Below are positions 1-15,322 of a DNA stretch of 64,000 nt, in pieces (position 1 is the stretch's first letter; each line of letters opens with the position of its first letter). The position numbers and the translations under genes were made by a program. The DNA comes from Lepidodermella squamata (lineage: Eukaryota > Animalia > Gastrotricha): assembly GCA_047495785.1 (NCBI GenBank), contig JBLDXI010000038.1:496001-560000 (forward strand), in the 5' to 3' direction. The notes beneath the pieces are model-generated. The model made no database searches, had not been told where the DNA came from, and worked only from the letters and a program-made list of their open reading frames with translations.

Positions 1-5
1 TTTAG

Positions 6-3000
6 AACGGATTCTATTTTCTTACGATGAAATGGAAAATTCATGGGAGATATATCTACATATTTTAAACATTCCAACCGCATCCGATCATGCATTTCAT
101 TTTGCAATTTCCATGCTCGAGGTTGTATATTTTTCCAACTGCTCATTTGTAGCTTTATTGGCGCTTCTTTTACAGGGTAAAGTAACAAAGCAATGGCTAC
201 AACTGCCATCGAATGTCCGCCTCGCAGTTCGCTCAGGAATTTGTAGCTTGGTTCAGCAAGTAGTTTCTTGTAACAGCCATTTGACTAGGCAGCCGTTTTT
301 CGTCAAAAAATTGCTCAGACTTTGCGCGGATATAGCCAGACATGATTGGCCCCATGAATATTCTGACTTCATGGAATCTGTATTCCAGGTAAATTCAATT
401 GCAATTTCATTACCCGAAGCAGGCATGCGTTATTATGTTACAGCTCTGTAAAAGTGGCGATCCACGCCAGGCTGCTATTGGATTTACATTCCTGCGTACA
501 GTCTCAGAGGAATTTTCGGACGAAAGAGCTTTATTTACGATCCAACGACGAAATCAACTGAAAAGTCTTTTTGAGCAGCTGCTTCCACAGATAGGCGAGC
601 TGACAGCAATGGTGTTGTATTCTTGGATCTCATCTCTATCAGAGAATTCTCCTAATTTTGCGGAAAAGGATAATTATGGGAACGTTGGACTAGAGGCGTT
701 AAATTGTCTCGGACATTTATTAGTATGGTCACCGCTGCATCCGCTGTTTGCCGAGCAGCAGCGGCTAGCTTTGGCCGATTTGTTGTTCCAAATTCTGTCG
801 AACGGCTTTGCTGATGCCACTACCAAATGCGATAATAAATGCCGAAGTGGCGCGCAGCAAGTGCTAAGTTGCATAGCCGAGCTTTTTGGGCGGCAGCGTT
901 GTTTGCCGAAGGATGCGCATGTGCTATTGCAAATGGCCTCATCCCTTTTTCAATTTGTTGCCCAAATGGTCACCCCGCAGCTGGAAACGCTGCGTCAGGA
1001 TACAACGAATTTGAGCGATCAGTCGAATAGCCTTCTCGATGGTATTACGAACTGCCTATCTACGTTTTTCTCGACATGTTTCACTCCATTGATTTTGAGT
1101 AACCCCGCAAACCGCGAGGGGGCGATTTTGACGGATATGCTGGTTTTGCTGGCGAGATATACACTAGCCCAACCAGACATCGACAGTCTATGTGCATGCC
1201 TTGACATTTGGGGCGTTGTGCTCGAAGCCTTTGTGTCTTCAGGAGAACAAACTGTTCTGGCGGCGATTCAAAGTAGCATTCTTGAATTTGCGTCGAGACT
1301 TCTCGTTCGTGCAATGTTCAGCACGAATCAGCGAGAGTTGGATGAATTGGACGACGGGGAGAGTGGCAGTGGCGGATCTTCGAACATGGGCAATACCAGC
1401 GGTAAATCAACCGAAGATTTCGACAACAGTAACTGTGATTTTGACGGAATTTTCGGTGATAATTCAGCCGAAAAGGATTATCAATTAGCAGAAGGCGATG
1501 GCTCTGACTTGCCGAAAGCTGAGCGATTTTTCATCGGAGTTTCGGTTGTTATTCGGCAAGCAGCTATCGCTTATCCTACAGCCGTGCTTTCAGATTTGTT
1601 ATTGAAGTCTACTCAGGAAAGAGCGACTTTTTTCGTCGAATTGACCAGAAATCTCATGCCTGAACGAATCCTCAATTCCAATGTCCGAGCGGTTGATGCT
1701 GCTCGAATACATTGCGCCTCGAGGGATTTAGCGACTTTGGTCTCGTTAATTGCAGGGGTTTGTGACCTCATGGACCCTGCGACTGGGTTATCGGTGTTCT
1801 CATCGTTGACTGTTCTAACTTTGCAAAGTTGCCACTTGGTGGCGAATGCGCCTCCAGTCGCCGAAGCTTCATCTTCACCTCTGAGAGAAGATCTAGTTCG
1901 TTTGCATTCGCGGCTATTCGCATCCCTTCGCGCTGTTTTTATCCACAATGCAAGGCCTATTTTAGTTGGCACCTTGACAGCTACCAAGTCGACAAATGAA
2001 GAAACTGAGCAGCAGTTAACCGAAACTACAATTAAGGCTATCGAGGCTGGTGTCCGACTGATAATTGAATCGAAATCGCCAGAAATCCTTCAAGCCTCTA
2101 TCCCATTTCTTTACGCGTGCCTGACATCGAGAATTCCTGTTGTTTCGACTTGCCAATCATTTTCAGCTCTCTACCCGTTCCTGACAGCCGATCCGAGCTC
2201 AGATTCAGTGCTCGGTTTGTTGGGGCAAACGTTACGAATCCAACTTTGCTGCGGCCTTGTCGCAGCTCATTTTCTGCCACATGCTGAAACGCGAGATAAT
2301 GCTCAAAATTGGCCGGGTCGAAGCGATGCGTTATCAGCGCTGTTTTCACAAATAATAGCGCCTTATTTCAATCCCAGTTTTGCCAACGCAGCGATTAATA
2401 ACAAAGCTGCAGCTCGACTGAAATGGCTGAAAAACTCCCTACGTTTGGTTACCGCAATATGTCGCCTTGTAGCCACCGAATCTCCGCAATCACGCCAAAT
2501 TGTTGTAAATTGCATTGTCATGGGCTCAATTGAGCCAACAAAGCAACCTCTTCTCTCAGTTTGTCTGCAGCTGATCCCCATATGGCAGCAAAGTGGCGAT
2601 GTTGAAGGCGTACTTGCCCTGCTCTCCTTCCTCTCAGCTGTCGTGAATTTGCAGGCTCAGGTCGTGCCGGCCGAAATGGACAGGCTGATTCAAACAGTCA
2701 TGGACTCGTTTCCGCCCAATTTAGTCTGCTCTAATCTTTTAGCAGCAAATGCGGCAGTATCTCGCCAAGTTGAGATGAGTAACCATCAGTTAGCGGCAGC
2801 CTTCCTATCTATTTTGCGCCACGTGTTCGAGAAAGGGGACTTCGCCTCCCAGGCAGTTCAGCGCAGGAATAAGCCCTTCCTTTCAGCGGCGATTCGCTAC
2901 TCGCTGCACGATCTGCGACCAGCTATTGCGGCTAACCAAGCTAGCATTACCGCAGTGTTACCGGCCTTCATCGCCTTAATGGAGACAATCGTCGCAGATA

Positions 3001-3763
3001 ATTGGCACTTCTTTTCGCGAAAATTTGGAAGCGCGAGTGGACTCGGATCGCTCGTAGATGATGTAAATTTGATGATTTGAATTCTTATGAAATGATTGAT
3101 GATTTTTTTCGATAAGATCGACCGGTTGGAAGAACAACACTACGGCTCGTTGATAAGCATAATTGAAACGCTATTTACTGCCCTGCTGTTGCCGGATATC
3201 GAAGTTGTGAGACGAGCGGTTACTGCGTTGAACCGGCTTGATACCAGATGTCGGCTTTTCTCGCGGAATTTCTTCGCGTCGTCGCCGGCAATTTGCAACG
3301 CTGTGTGCTCAACGATTCTCATCGCCCTTCAGACTGGAGCTCACGATCTGCTGAGAGATGACATTCTTGTATTGCTGCATGCTATTCTGGATAAGTCCGC
3401 AATAAATCCTAATGGTATGCTTGATTGAAATGTTTTTATTTTATTAGAAAATTTCATAATTCAGAAGCAAAATCCGGATTTTCATTCTTCTTCAACTCGG
3501 TGCTTCCTGCGTATATTTCGGCTCAACTTCCGCCAGATAGTGTGGCAGTTAACGAACTGATGGGATCGCTAACTTCAATGGCACCACCTGGTTCGCAGTT
3601 GCCAACCGATCAACCGACTTTCACTAGTCTGATGGCCCGCTTTATTTCCGATCTACGCTTTCACGTTGCAATGGCTAGCAAAGGTCCAACCTTTGCGGCG
3701 ACCCCAGCCATGCCCGCTGTTGGTTGGCTTCTAGCAGCGGCCGGTGCGACGAGTCCTAGCTGA
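6..3763 (+). CDS. XPO6: Exportin-6 (importin-beta family), 5' partial, multi-exon
   Basis: The window opens at an intron end (tttag). GT-AG introns at about 122-175, 389-443, 3063-3116 and 3415-3457 join ORFs 32..451, 399..3080, 3096..3428 and 3425..3763. Motifs DIARHDWPHEY..F, LRTVSEEF, EALNCLGHLLVWSPL and C-terminal DQPTFTSLMARFISDLRF match exportin-6. Confidence 0.85.
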
Positions 3764-3919
3764 GAATGTTCAGGCCGAAGCTGTGCAAAAACTAGATTTA
3801 TCAAAGAAACGTTCATCTAGTGAAATAAATGTTCAAATTTATAATATATTTACGAAATTTGCTAGCATCTTTGACGAATATGCGCATATGAATTATTTTG
3901 AAGCATTTTTCTCATTTTA

Positions 3920-4611
3920 TTACAAAAAACGAAGGAATAAATAATTCAATGAACTGATCAGTTTTAAATGCAGCTGTGATGCGAGGAATAGATAAATTGC
4001 TGGCACATACATCGCTGTTAAAAAATCAAAGCTGATTGACGGGGAACCTTCATTGCAATAGTGATCGAAGCAGCACTCGCAGGTGCAAGCAGCGTCCGGG
4101 ACTTGACCACATGAAACTTTCGTTTGCTGTAAAAGATGAAAATCCTTTTTTTCGTGTCGAAATGGTACTAGTAAAAACTGACTTCGCAATAGTCGTTGCA
4201 CGACGGGTAGTTTTGCGTTCGACGATAGCATGATCGCACAATCCTGAAAATATAAACAGCATGATTTATTCAGTTTTCTGGAGGAAAATCAGGCTTGCAT
4301 GTTGCTGATGTTGGAGCTGAAATGAGTCAATTTGGCACAGGCTACACAGCCGTCTCTTGCATAAGCAACCTTACAAAATTAAGCACTAAATCGGCTTATT
4401 TAAGTATCAAATTGAAATATACCATCGTCTTTGGTGTCTCCTTGAAGTCGTAGCAAACAAATTTGTCACTTAAAACAACTTGAAATATTAAGGTAAAACA
4501 ATTGTTCGCAGTTAAAATCTTGCCGGGCGAACAATTACCTTTTGTGCAAGACAGAATCACCATCAAAACATTGATCGGGTGTTTTGTTATGCAGAACCGC
4601 TGCAGAACCAT
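3920..4611 (-). CDS. Ly6/uPAR three-finger-like, probably GPI-anchored, protein (5 exons)
   Basis: The spliced product reads MVLQRFC...VLMVILSCTKVVLSDKFVCYDFKETPKTM/VAYARDGCVACAKLTHFSSNISNM/IVRSCYRRTQNYPSCNDYCE/QTKVSCGQVPDAACTCECCFDHYCNEGS plus a hydrophobic tail. It has the CY..C..CAK..RSC..CC...YCN pattern of LU domains. One intron (4244-4298) is GC-AG. Confidence 0.7.
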
Positions 4612-5103
4612 ATTAGGTTGACATGAAGTTGTTGAGCAGAACCAGGCGTAGCTTTCACCGAAAATCGGATCAGGGCAGAATAAAGTCCTAATTCAGGTTA
4701 TAGCGACAGTCGCTAAAACGCAGTTGACCTTATATCTGTCGTTATTTTATTGGCGAATAGATCAGTTGATACTGCGGCTCCGTTATACGAAATAAAAATG
4801 AAATGCAATCGGGTAATGATTGTACATATAAAGTTATTTCTTTATATCAAAAACCAGTCGAAAATGAGCTGATGCGAAACATTTCAACGGCAAGTTGTGT
4901 TTTATTTTGCTTATTACAAAAAGTGGATACTTCCTTTTTGACGCTAGTCACAGTAGAAAATACGGCCATTATAGCTTCCATTGACAATACGGCGGTCCAT
5001 ATCGGATTTGGATTATAATAGCACACGAGTGATTCGCATCCGGGGATTTAAAAAGGCGACACAACTTTACAGCATTTTGGTGATATATGTTTAATACAAA
5101 AAA

Positions 5104-6605
5104 TCACTGCGACGAGCAGGCACTGCCGCGTTTGTTTCGAATTTTGCGCCTACTCCGTTCGTCTCTAGGGGAGATTGGCGAAATGACAGCCCGAACCGCC
5201 TCTTCAAATACTTTCTTCAAATTTTGGCGAGTGAAGGCACTGCATTCAACATATTTTAACGCTTCGATTTTTGCAGCCATGGCTAATCCTAAAATCATTT
5301 TACACTAGTTGAAATAACTTTTTGGCAATCCTCACCTTCCTCGTACGATATTGGAGTCGTTTTTTGGTTGCGAAGGTCTCGAATGGCGTCGAGATTTTCC
5401 CTCAAATCGAGTTTCGTACCAATCAGGATAACAGGAGCTTTTTCAGAATGAGCTCTAACCTCTGTGATCCACTGGAAAAGACGGGGGAAAAGAAAAAATA
5501 ATAATTATTCGATGCTTGACTAACTTCTGCATCGCTTCATCTTAAGCATCAAGCCCTTAAGACTAATACAGGATCATTGCTATCTAGGCCAATGATAAAA
5601 ACGATGACTGGTGTCAGTGAAACCACGAGCCGACGATGAGACGTAATTCTTTTGTGTCTTTCATGCCACCAAGAACCAATAATCGATGCTTTTAAAATTG
5701 ATAGCCATTCAAAATATCGTAAACGACTTGTGTTTTTCTACAGATAATCGACTAGGCCTGGTGCAACTGTTAGACCAAAGGGTTTGACGTGGTGGCATGG
5801 TTTTGCCGCCGAAAGTAAAAACCGCGGAGTGGGAGGCCTTATGAACCCACTTTTTGATGAGATGTTTTTTCAGGACATACCGTCAAATGGGGTGACTTTG
5901 GCATACCAAAAATCAAAGATGGTAAGGTAAAGACCCCGTGAGTGGGGTAGTCGCCCCGCCAGTCACCCCATTTGACGGCAGCTAATAGGAAAGTCTTAGG
6001 ATAAAAATGTTTGACCTATCTAGCTGCAGTTTGTAAAGAAACTTCGTAAAATCATCTCCGACGTCGCTTGGTCTGGTAAAAACTTACTCGGCTCTTGACA
6101 TTGTCGAATGAAAGGCGGCTGTATAGAGCGAAGAATGTTTAATTTTACAACTTTTATTATTCCACTGGCAGGCTTACCTTATGATTGAGAAACAAATTAG
6201 AAAGACATCCTGCACATACAAAAGGTATGTAAGTTATTTAACGTTAAAAAATTCGTTTCCTCTTACAGCATCTCCATATGAGAAACGAAACCTCATGTCG
6301 GAATAATGCGCATCATCCTGACCAGCTGTGTCCCACAATCCCAAATTTATAGCTTGTCCATCGACAATCATATTTGCAGCATAATTGTCGAACACTTGAG
6401 AATAAGTAAATCGTAACAGACTTTTTCAAGAGAAATTGTGGCTGCTACCTGTTGGGACGTATTCGATTGGAAATCTGTTCTGGGAGAAGCTGATGAGAAG
6501 GGACGTTTTTCCGACGGTACCATCGCCAACTATCACACATTTAACAGACCGCATTCTACTGAAGGTGTTTTCCCGAGTTGGGCTCATTTTTAATTTTTCG
6601 GCCAT
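5104..6605 (-). CDS. Rho-family GTPase, Rac/Mig-2(Mtl)-like paralog A, divergent switch II (6 exons)
   Basis: The spliced product contains [43 protein letters not shown], a polybasic tail and CSSQ-stop. The start could be 6605, 6587 or 6554. Confidence 0.85.
5878..5980. mobile_element. Short MITE-like element in the long intron of GTPase A
   Basis: Perfect 18-bp terminal inverted repeats: CCGTCAAATGGGGTGACT (5880-5897) and AGTCACCCCATTTGACGG (5961-5978). The left flank is TA and the right flank CA, consistent with a TA target duplication carrying one mutation (Tc1/mariner-pogo type). Confidence 0.65.
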
Positions 6606-7232
6606 ACTTTCAACAACTCAAAAGTTATTACTACAGCTAATGGCTGGGTCATCTAATCTCGGGGAGAGCTTTCAGCGGCTAAAAGCTTCATCGCTACACG
6701 ATTCACAAACAGATGTTAATGTGCTCAACAGATAGTATCGCCGTTTAATGACATTTAAACTGCAGGGATGATACCACGTGAAATTGATGATGATGATGAT
6801 GCTAATTGAGCGTGAGCAAGAGGACGTGGTCAGTGCAGACGAACTACCAGCTGCAAGTTTCAGTGTTCGGTCGTTTTGATTCGGCGCGATAAGATAAGCA
6901 CGCACGCCAGCTTCCGCTTATTAAAATTCCGCTTATCTGGTTAGTAATTTTGTCAATTACGTCTGATTTCCAGGCCATAAAAATGAAGAAAACAAACGAC
7001 CGCTGAAACACCGACTTTATTTTGCCTCATGAGCGACAAAACATCAATACATCGTCAGGAAATAAATAGCATAGCGACACAAGTTCAGCTCAGTTTAGCA
7101 GATTTTAGGCTTGAGATGGTCTATAATAAGTCGATTGCAATTCCCTTTTCAAGTTCCAAGAACATGTTTTTCACTAAAATGTTAGTTCAGCATACTTATT
7201 CGATAACATCTAGATCTTCAGCAACGGCGTTT

Positions 7233-8010
7233 TTAGACAGGCATCATTCCTTTTCCGACGTTGGGCAGAACTAAAAGCAAAAAATAATAGATATTAAATT
7301 AATTAAAAAAACTGAGTCTCACCCTTCTTGATGTACAGGTAGAAGAAATCACAGTACAGAATGGTTTGGATGCAGCCGGCAAGAACAGCAATAATATCGA
7401 TGTAGCTCTCTTCGTAGTAGCGGTAACCCCAGTTCAAGATGTACAGGGCGCGGTACAGACCCAAGAAGAACAGGTAGTGCGAAGTGATAGTCTCGGCCTC
7501 GCCGGTTTTAGCCAACATGAACAACTGGGGCATGATAGCAACGGCCTCCAGATAAATCGAAAAGGTCCACAGAATCTGATATTTCAAAAAGTTTTAGTTA
7601 ATTTGTTAATTAATTTTTTTATAAATCTGAAGTTACGGGTGCCAATTCATAAAACTTGCCTCGATGAAAGTAAATTCGTAGTTGACGAGCAGGGCGAGGG
7701 CGACAACCGGCGGAACCATGAATTCAACGCGGAAAGTGTCCAGGCTGAGTTGATAGGTTGGGCGAAACTTCAAGAAGATCAGATAGAGAGTGGCGTAAGT
7801 GGCACCGAGGAAGAGCACTTTCATGACCGAGTTGTAGACTGAGATGAAAGTGAAGAACAGATCGAGATAGCGCGTTGTGAAGACCAGGGCGAACAGCACT
7901 TGACTCTTGGCTGACAGGCCGGAGACAGATCGCGACTTCCAGATCTTCCACAGCAGCATAAGCATGGCGACGAGATGGGACATGTCGCCGAGAAGACGAA
8001 AAATGTTCAT
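7233..8010 (-). CDS. KDELR: ER lumen protein-retaining receptor (KDEL receptor/ERD2), 3 exons
   Basis: [51 protein letters not shown]. Intron 7576-7659 is GC-AG. The last exon reads [12 protein letters not shown]-stop. Confidence 0.97.
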
Positions 8011-8133
8011 TTTCTTCGGTTGAACCCTCAACAAAAAACTTAACAAATCTAAAAGGATATAACGAATATTTCGGTTTATTATATAATACTCGAACAGGGC
8101 ATTTGAGCATATCGGATGAGACTATAGAAGACA

Positions 8134-9602
8134 TCAAATTTGAGGAATTTGAGCAGTCCGCGATCGAACTTGGAATTCACAGCCTTTCGAGGACGGCAAG
8201 AGCCGGGTTGTTCCGTTTAGATCGATTGGACACACGAAGGCGCCATCGCGTTGGCTTTGAAGAACGACACGGTCGCCGATGCGCAATGGACGGCCAAGAG
8301 TTACCGACAAGTCAGGGTGCAGAAAGCGGAAGTAGTCGTCGCGAATGGTCGGTTCATTGCGATCCCATGCCATTGTGCCATAGCAGTCTATTTCAAAAAT
8401 AAAATTAAAAATTTTCTCAGTCACTAAGGCAAAAAATGACACGCGCCTAAAAGCGCGGGATTTTTTTATCTTGACCTAAATCTTACAAGTCATGTTACAA
8501 TGCAAGGACAACAGAAAAGAAACTAATCTCCAATAATGCACTGCGTGCCCAAAAGTAATTCAATGACAACTATTGAACACTCGTGTCACATGAATGATTA
8601 ATAACATTCGATATACTACTAACCGAAGTCGGCATTAGTGAGGTAGCAAGTGCATTTCGGGTTGTGAACAGCCACCGGCTGACCGTAGTAGACAACATTA
8701 TTCCAACTTGAAGCTGATGTGTTAGAACTGGCGGTTAGCACGACTTCCTGACTTTCCAAATTCGAACGTAGCAGCCGGCTATTTGACTTGGCGCATCCGC
8801 GTTGATGAGAAAGCATACGCGAGAATTTTTCACCAAACAGCGTGACAACGTCAACGCCGGCTCGAACAACAGGCGCGTATTGCTCGGTTTGTTCGACGAG
8901 GCGCTGCAAGAAGTTGAAAACCATGTTCAAGTCACTGAGCGCCGCGTCACGTAACAAATGGTCCTCGAGCTGTTGAGCTAAAAAGAAATAATCGTCGCGA
9001 ATGGTCGAATGGAAAATGGTGAAAAAATTAACCTAAATCAACGACTTCCAGCACATCTTCGAACATGCGATAGATGTGCGAACTGGGAAATCCGAACGAG
9101 AAATGCCGCTCATCAGTTATTCGTGACTGTAGATTTCCGAGCAACGTCGCGATATAATTCAACAATGAGGCACTATCAACAAGCGCCAACTTCCATGTTG
9201 CAGTTGTGTCAAATCTAAAAATTAAACGAGGATCATTAAAATCCGAAAATTAGGGTGGATGCTCCCTTTTCCTAAGCAAGCCCACTCCCAAATAACTGAT
9301 AAAAAATCGAACTTGTTGCGAAGAGCTTTGACGAATTGGAAAATGGCACCCGATGCCTTGCGAATGTAGACGTAGTGCGAAATGCCGTTGCTGTCCACCA
9401 GCAAATTGTAAGTCCAAGTCTTTGATGCCTCGTGGATTTGCGCCGACGCGGCTAGTGCTAGGTTAAGCTTAGCAGATACTGCAGTCGCAAAATATTTGTC
9501 GACCTTGCCGTCCTCGCCAATGCCTTCGATTTGATCAGCGAGCACGCGACAATTGACGAGCAGGGCGTTGGCCAGGCACAGGGCGAGAGCGAACGAACGC
9601 AT
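8134..9602 (-). CDS. Uncharacterised secreted protein (4 exons), helical N-terminal part plus beta-rich C-terminal domain
   Basis: Signal-peptide-like start MRSFALALCLANALLVNCRVLA. GT-AG introns 9215-9312, 8978-9032 and 8388-8623 join four exons in frame into a protein of roughly 360 aa. Confidence 0.7.
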
Positions 9603-10879
9603 TGCCACAGTGACGATAGAGAAAAAAGGAGAATGAAAAAGATGCAAGCTCAGGCATGCCAGGTATTAGGATGGTAGAAGCTGTAAGCTGCTATTGCTAG
9701 TAAACATAGCCGATGAACCCCGGCGTAGGAAAAAATACGCTGCAGATGAATGCAGCGCGAATTTCACGAAACACCGCGCGTGTATCTTCCCTGTGCAACA
9801 AGCACACAACGGCCAAACACAGAGCGGCCATTGTTGTGGGCACAAATGGCAGGACAAAGCCGGGGTCAGCATCTTCTCTTCACCGTGCATATGTGCGTAG
9901 CCACATGAAACAAAATCATCAAGGCTACCACATCGTAAGACAGCACAAACCTCGGCGACAGGTCCGTGCTCACGGACGACCGGCGAGCAAACGAAGGAAA
10001 CGAAGATACATACCTACATACAAACATAGGTACGTGTGCGTTTTACTTCAAACATCACTGCTGATACGCCATTGGTCCACGCCGTGCTGACTCAGCATTA
10101 CGTAGGCACCTACAACCACACACATAGTAAAAACACTAAAAACAATATGCACCCATTTATATGTGAATGAACCTAGTTTTTTTACTTCTCCTCGTTCCGG
10201 CTCAGCGTACCATCATCATCTGGGAAAAAATAATAACTGATTATGGTAAACATCTTTTTCATTTTTTTAATCAATGCAGCAGTCAGAGCGTTATTATACA
10301 AAGAACAAGTTTTTCCATTAGATAAATTCACCTCGGGCTTATTTTTATTAAGAATAATCTTTGCTGAACGCTGCTGAATAAAATAGCACAGATTTTTCCA
10401 TTAATAAATTATAGTATTCATCGGACTGGATGTGACCTTGCAAAGCAGAATGAAGTTGACTTCCAACCATTTGTATGTAGTACAAGCTGCGAGCATTCCG
10501 CGCGCTTAGAGATCGGCGCGGTCTTCAACGATATCATGCATTCAATTTCAATCAGTTCTTGAATAAAAGATGACTATCACATCCAGTTACAACGTGAAGA
10601 TATTTGTAAGATTTGGAGCAAATAGCGCGAGAAAACATACAAACACCCATGTCCTCAAGGATTTTGTTTGACAGTGTATACAGATTGCATTTGAAAAAAA
10701 ACTTATCTACCAAAGTCAACGTCGTATATAATTTAAAAATTATATTATGAATGGTACATCACAACGCAATTTATGGCTTGCAGTTATTTATAATTAGTTG
10801 TGAACACATTTTAAATCAATAGAGTCCTTGCATTTTATAAATGCTTGTGCTCTTTCAGTTGTAGATGGTGGTGGTAGCT

Positions 10880-13137
<2,258 letters not shown>

Positions 13138-14617
13138 TGTTGCAGGTTTAGTTTGTTGTAGTAGCCGTGGGAGGAAGGAGTAAAAAAGTCTTTCAATAAA
13201 ACGAGTTGATCTAAAAGGTGAGAAGATACAATTATCATCAGCCAATCCTCAGCAAATAAAAGGCCGAAACCTCGCAACTTTATTGTTTCAAAGGTGTGTT
13301 TGCACGGCGACAAACGTAGCAGTAGCAGCAGCAGCTCCACGTCGCCAAACAGTATGTCAAATAACAAGTAGCGCAGCGGCGGGACAAATGGCGCGCGAAT
13401 CAAATTACTACCATCCGTTATCAAGCACGTGTACTCATAGAAAAAGATTTAAATCGGTTGCATAAGCGTTTTTATAGCTGCACACTTAAAGCACCAGTGG
13501 TACTAATTGCTCCGGAGTGTGAAAATGTGGTCTCTATTATGGTACAGAGACGGCAATACTTTTGACCTATACGTAGCAGAGGGCTAGGAGGCGGGGCGCT
13601 ATTCGATAAATCTAATACATTCAAGGCTAAGCTAATTAGCGGTGAGAGAAATCGTGCCAAACAAACGCCATCGCCCATCGCCGCAAGTATAAAACCAGAA
13701 ACAAGAAGCAACATCTACTACCACAGCTAACAAGTCATGTCACTGCTCTACTACGTTCAATAATTGCTATCAAAGAAGTCGTCGAAACGTGTCATTGGAG
13801 AATAATTGCTTCGTCATAACGCGACTGCTGAGCTTCACAATAATATAAGTATTGGTTATAACAATAATTATTAGAATTATCATACATCTTCTATAAATTA
13901 CAAATAATAGTAACAAACCAGCGGACGGAAAACAAGAAAAACTTGAAAAATTAAACGACGTTTTTCTTAAAGCGGCTGGATGGCCATCAATGCTACTCAC
14001 AGACAGCCACTAAAATCACTCACTACGTTGATGGGAAATATTTCGAACGAATCCGATCGAAATTGAATACATCACCGATCACCGAAAAGTCATGTCATTT
14101 GGCAATTCGAACGCAGCAACAACAAGAATCGACGTCAGCAGAAGAGACACAAACAGATACAACAAGCGAGAGAAGGTGTAAAAGAATATTTTACTTGCGG
14201 TAGGCCGCAATGTTAACACTCAATTATATTATTGTTGCTTCACACAAGAAAGTGTTCTATTGCATCCGAAATGTCGTCGTAAATTGAGAGAATCTCCAGT
14301 CAGTTGTTTTTGGTAAAAGATGCACAATACAGCAGTTCTGAGAGACACACGCGAAGGAAGCAGATGAGAAGCTGGAGCAAACGGAAGTATGGTTCGACTT
14401 AATGATTTCAAGAATTTAGTCAGAGCATTCGGTTCGATTACATTTGATAAACCTTTAATAACTCATGTCAGCCCTAAGCTTGAGTTGGAACAAGTAAAAA
14501 TGGAATTAAGAATATTGATCAGATGGATTCAAATCTAATCGAATCTGAAGCTCCGCTTCTTACACAAAGCACAGAGGGACAAGTAATCGAAGAAGTATAA
14601 AAACACATTTTTCGGCT

Positions 14618-15322
<705 letters not shown>

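Noticed and set aside
8051-8061. ATATCCTTT on the minus strand resembling a U12 AT-AC donor
   Set aside because: There is no U12 branch site downstream, and it is better read as the pyrimidine tract of the acceptor before KDELR.
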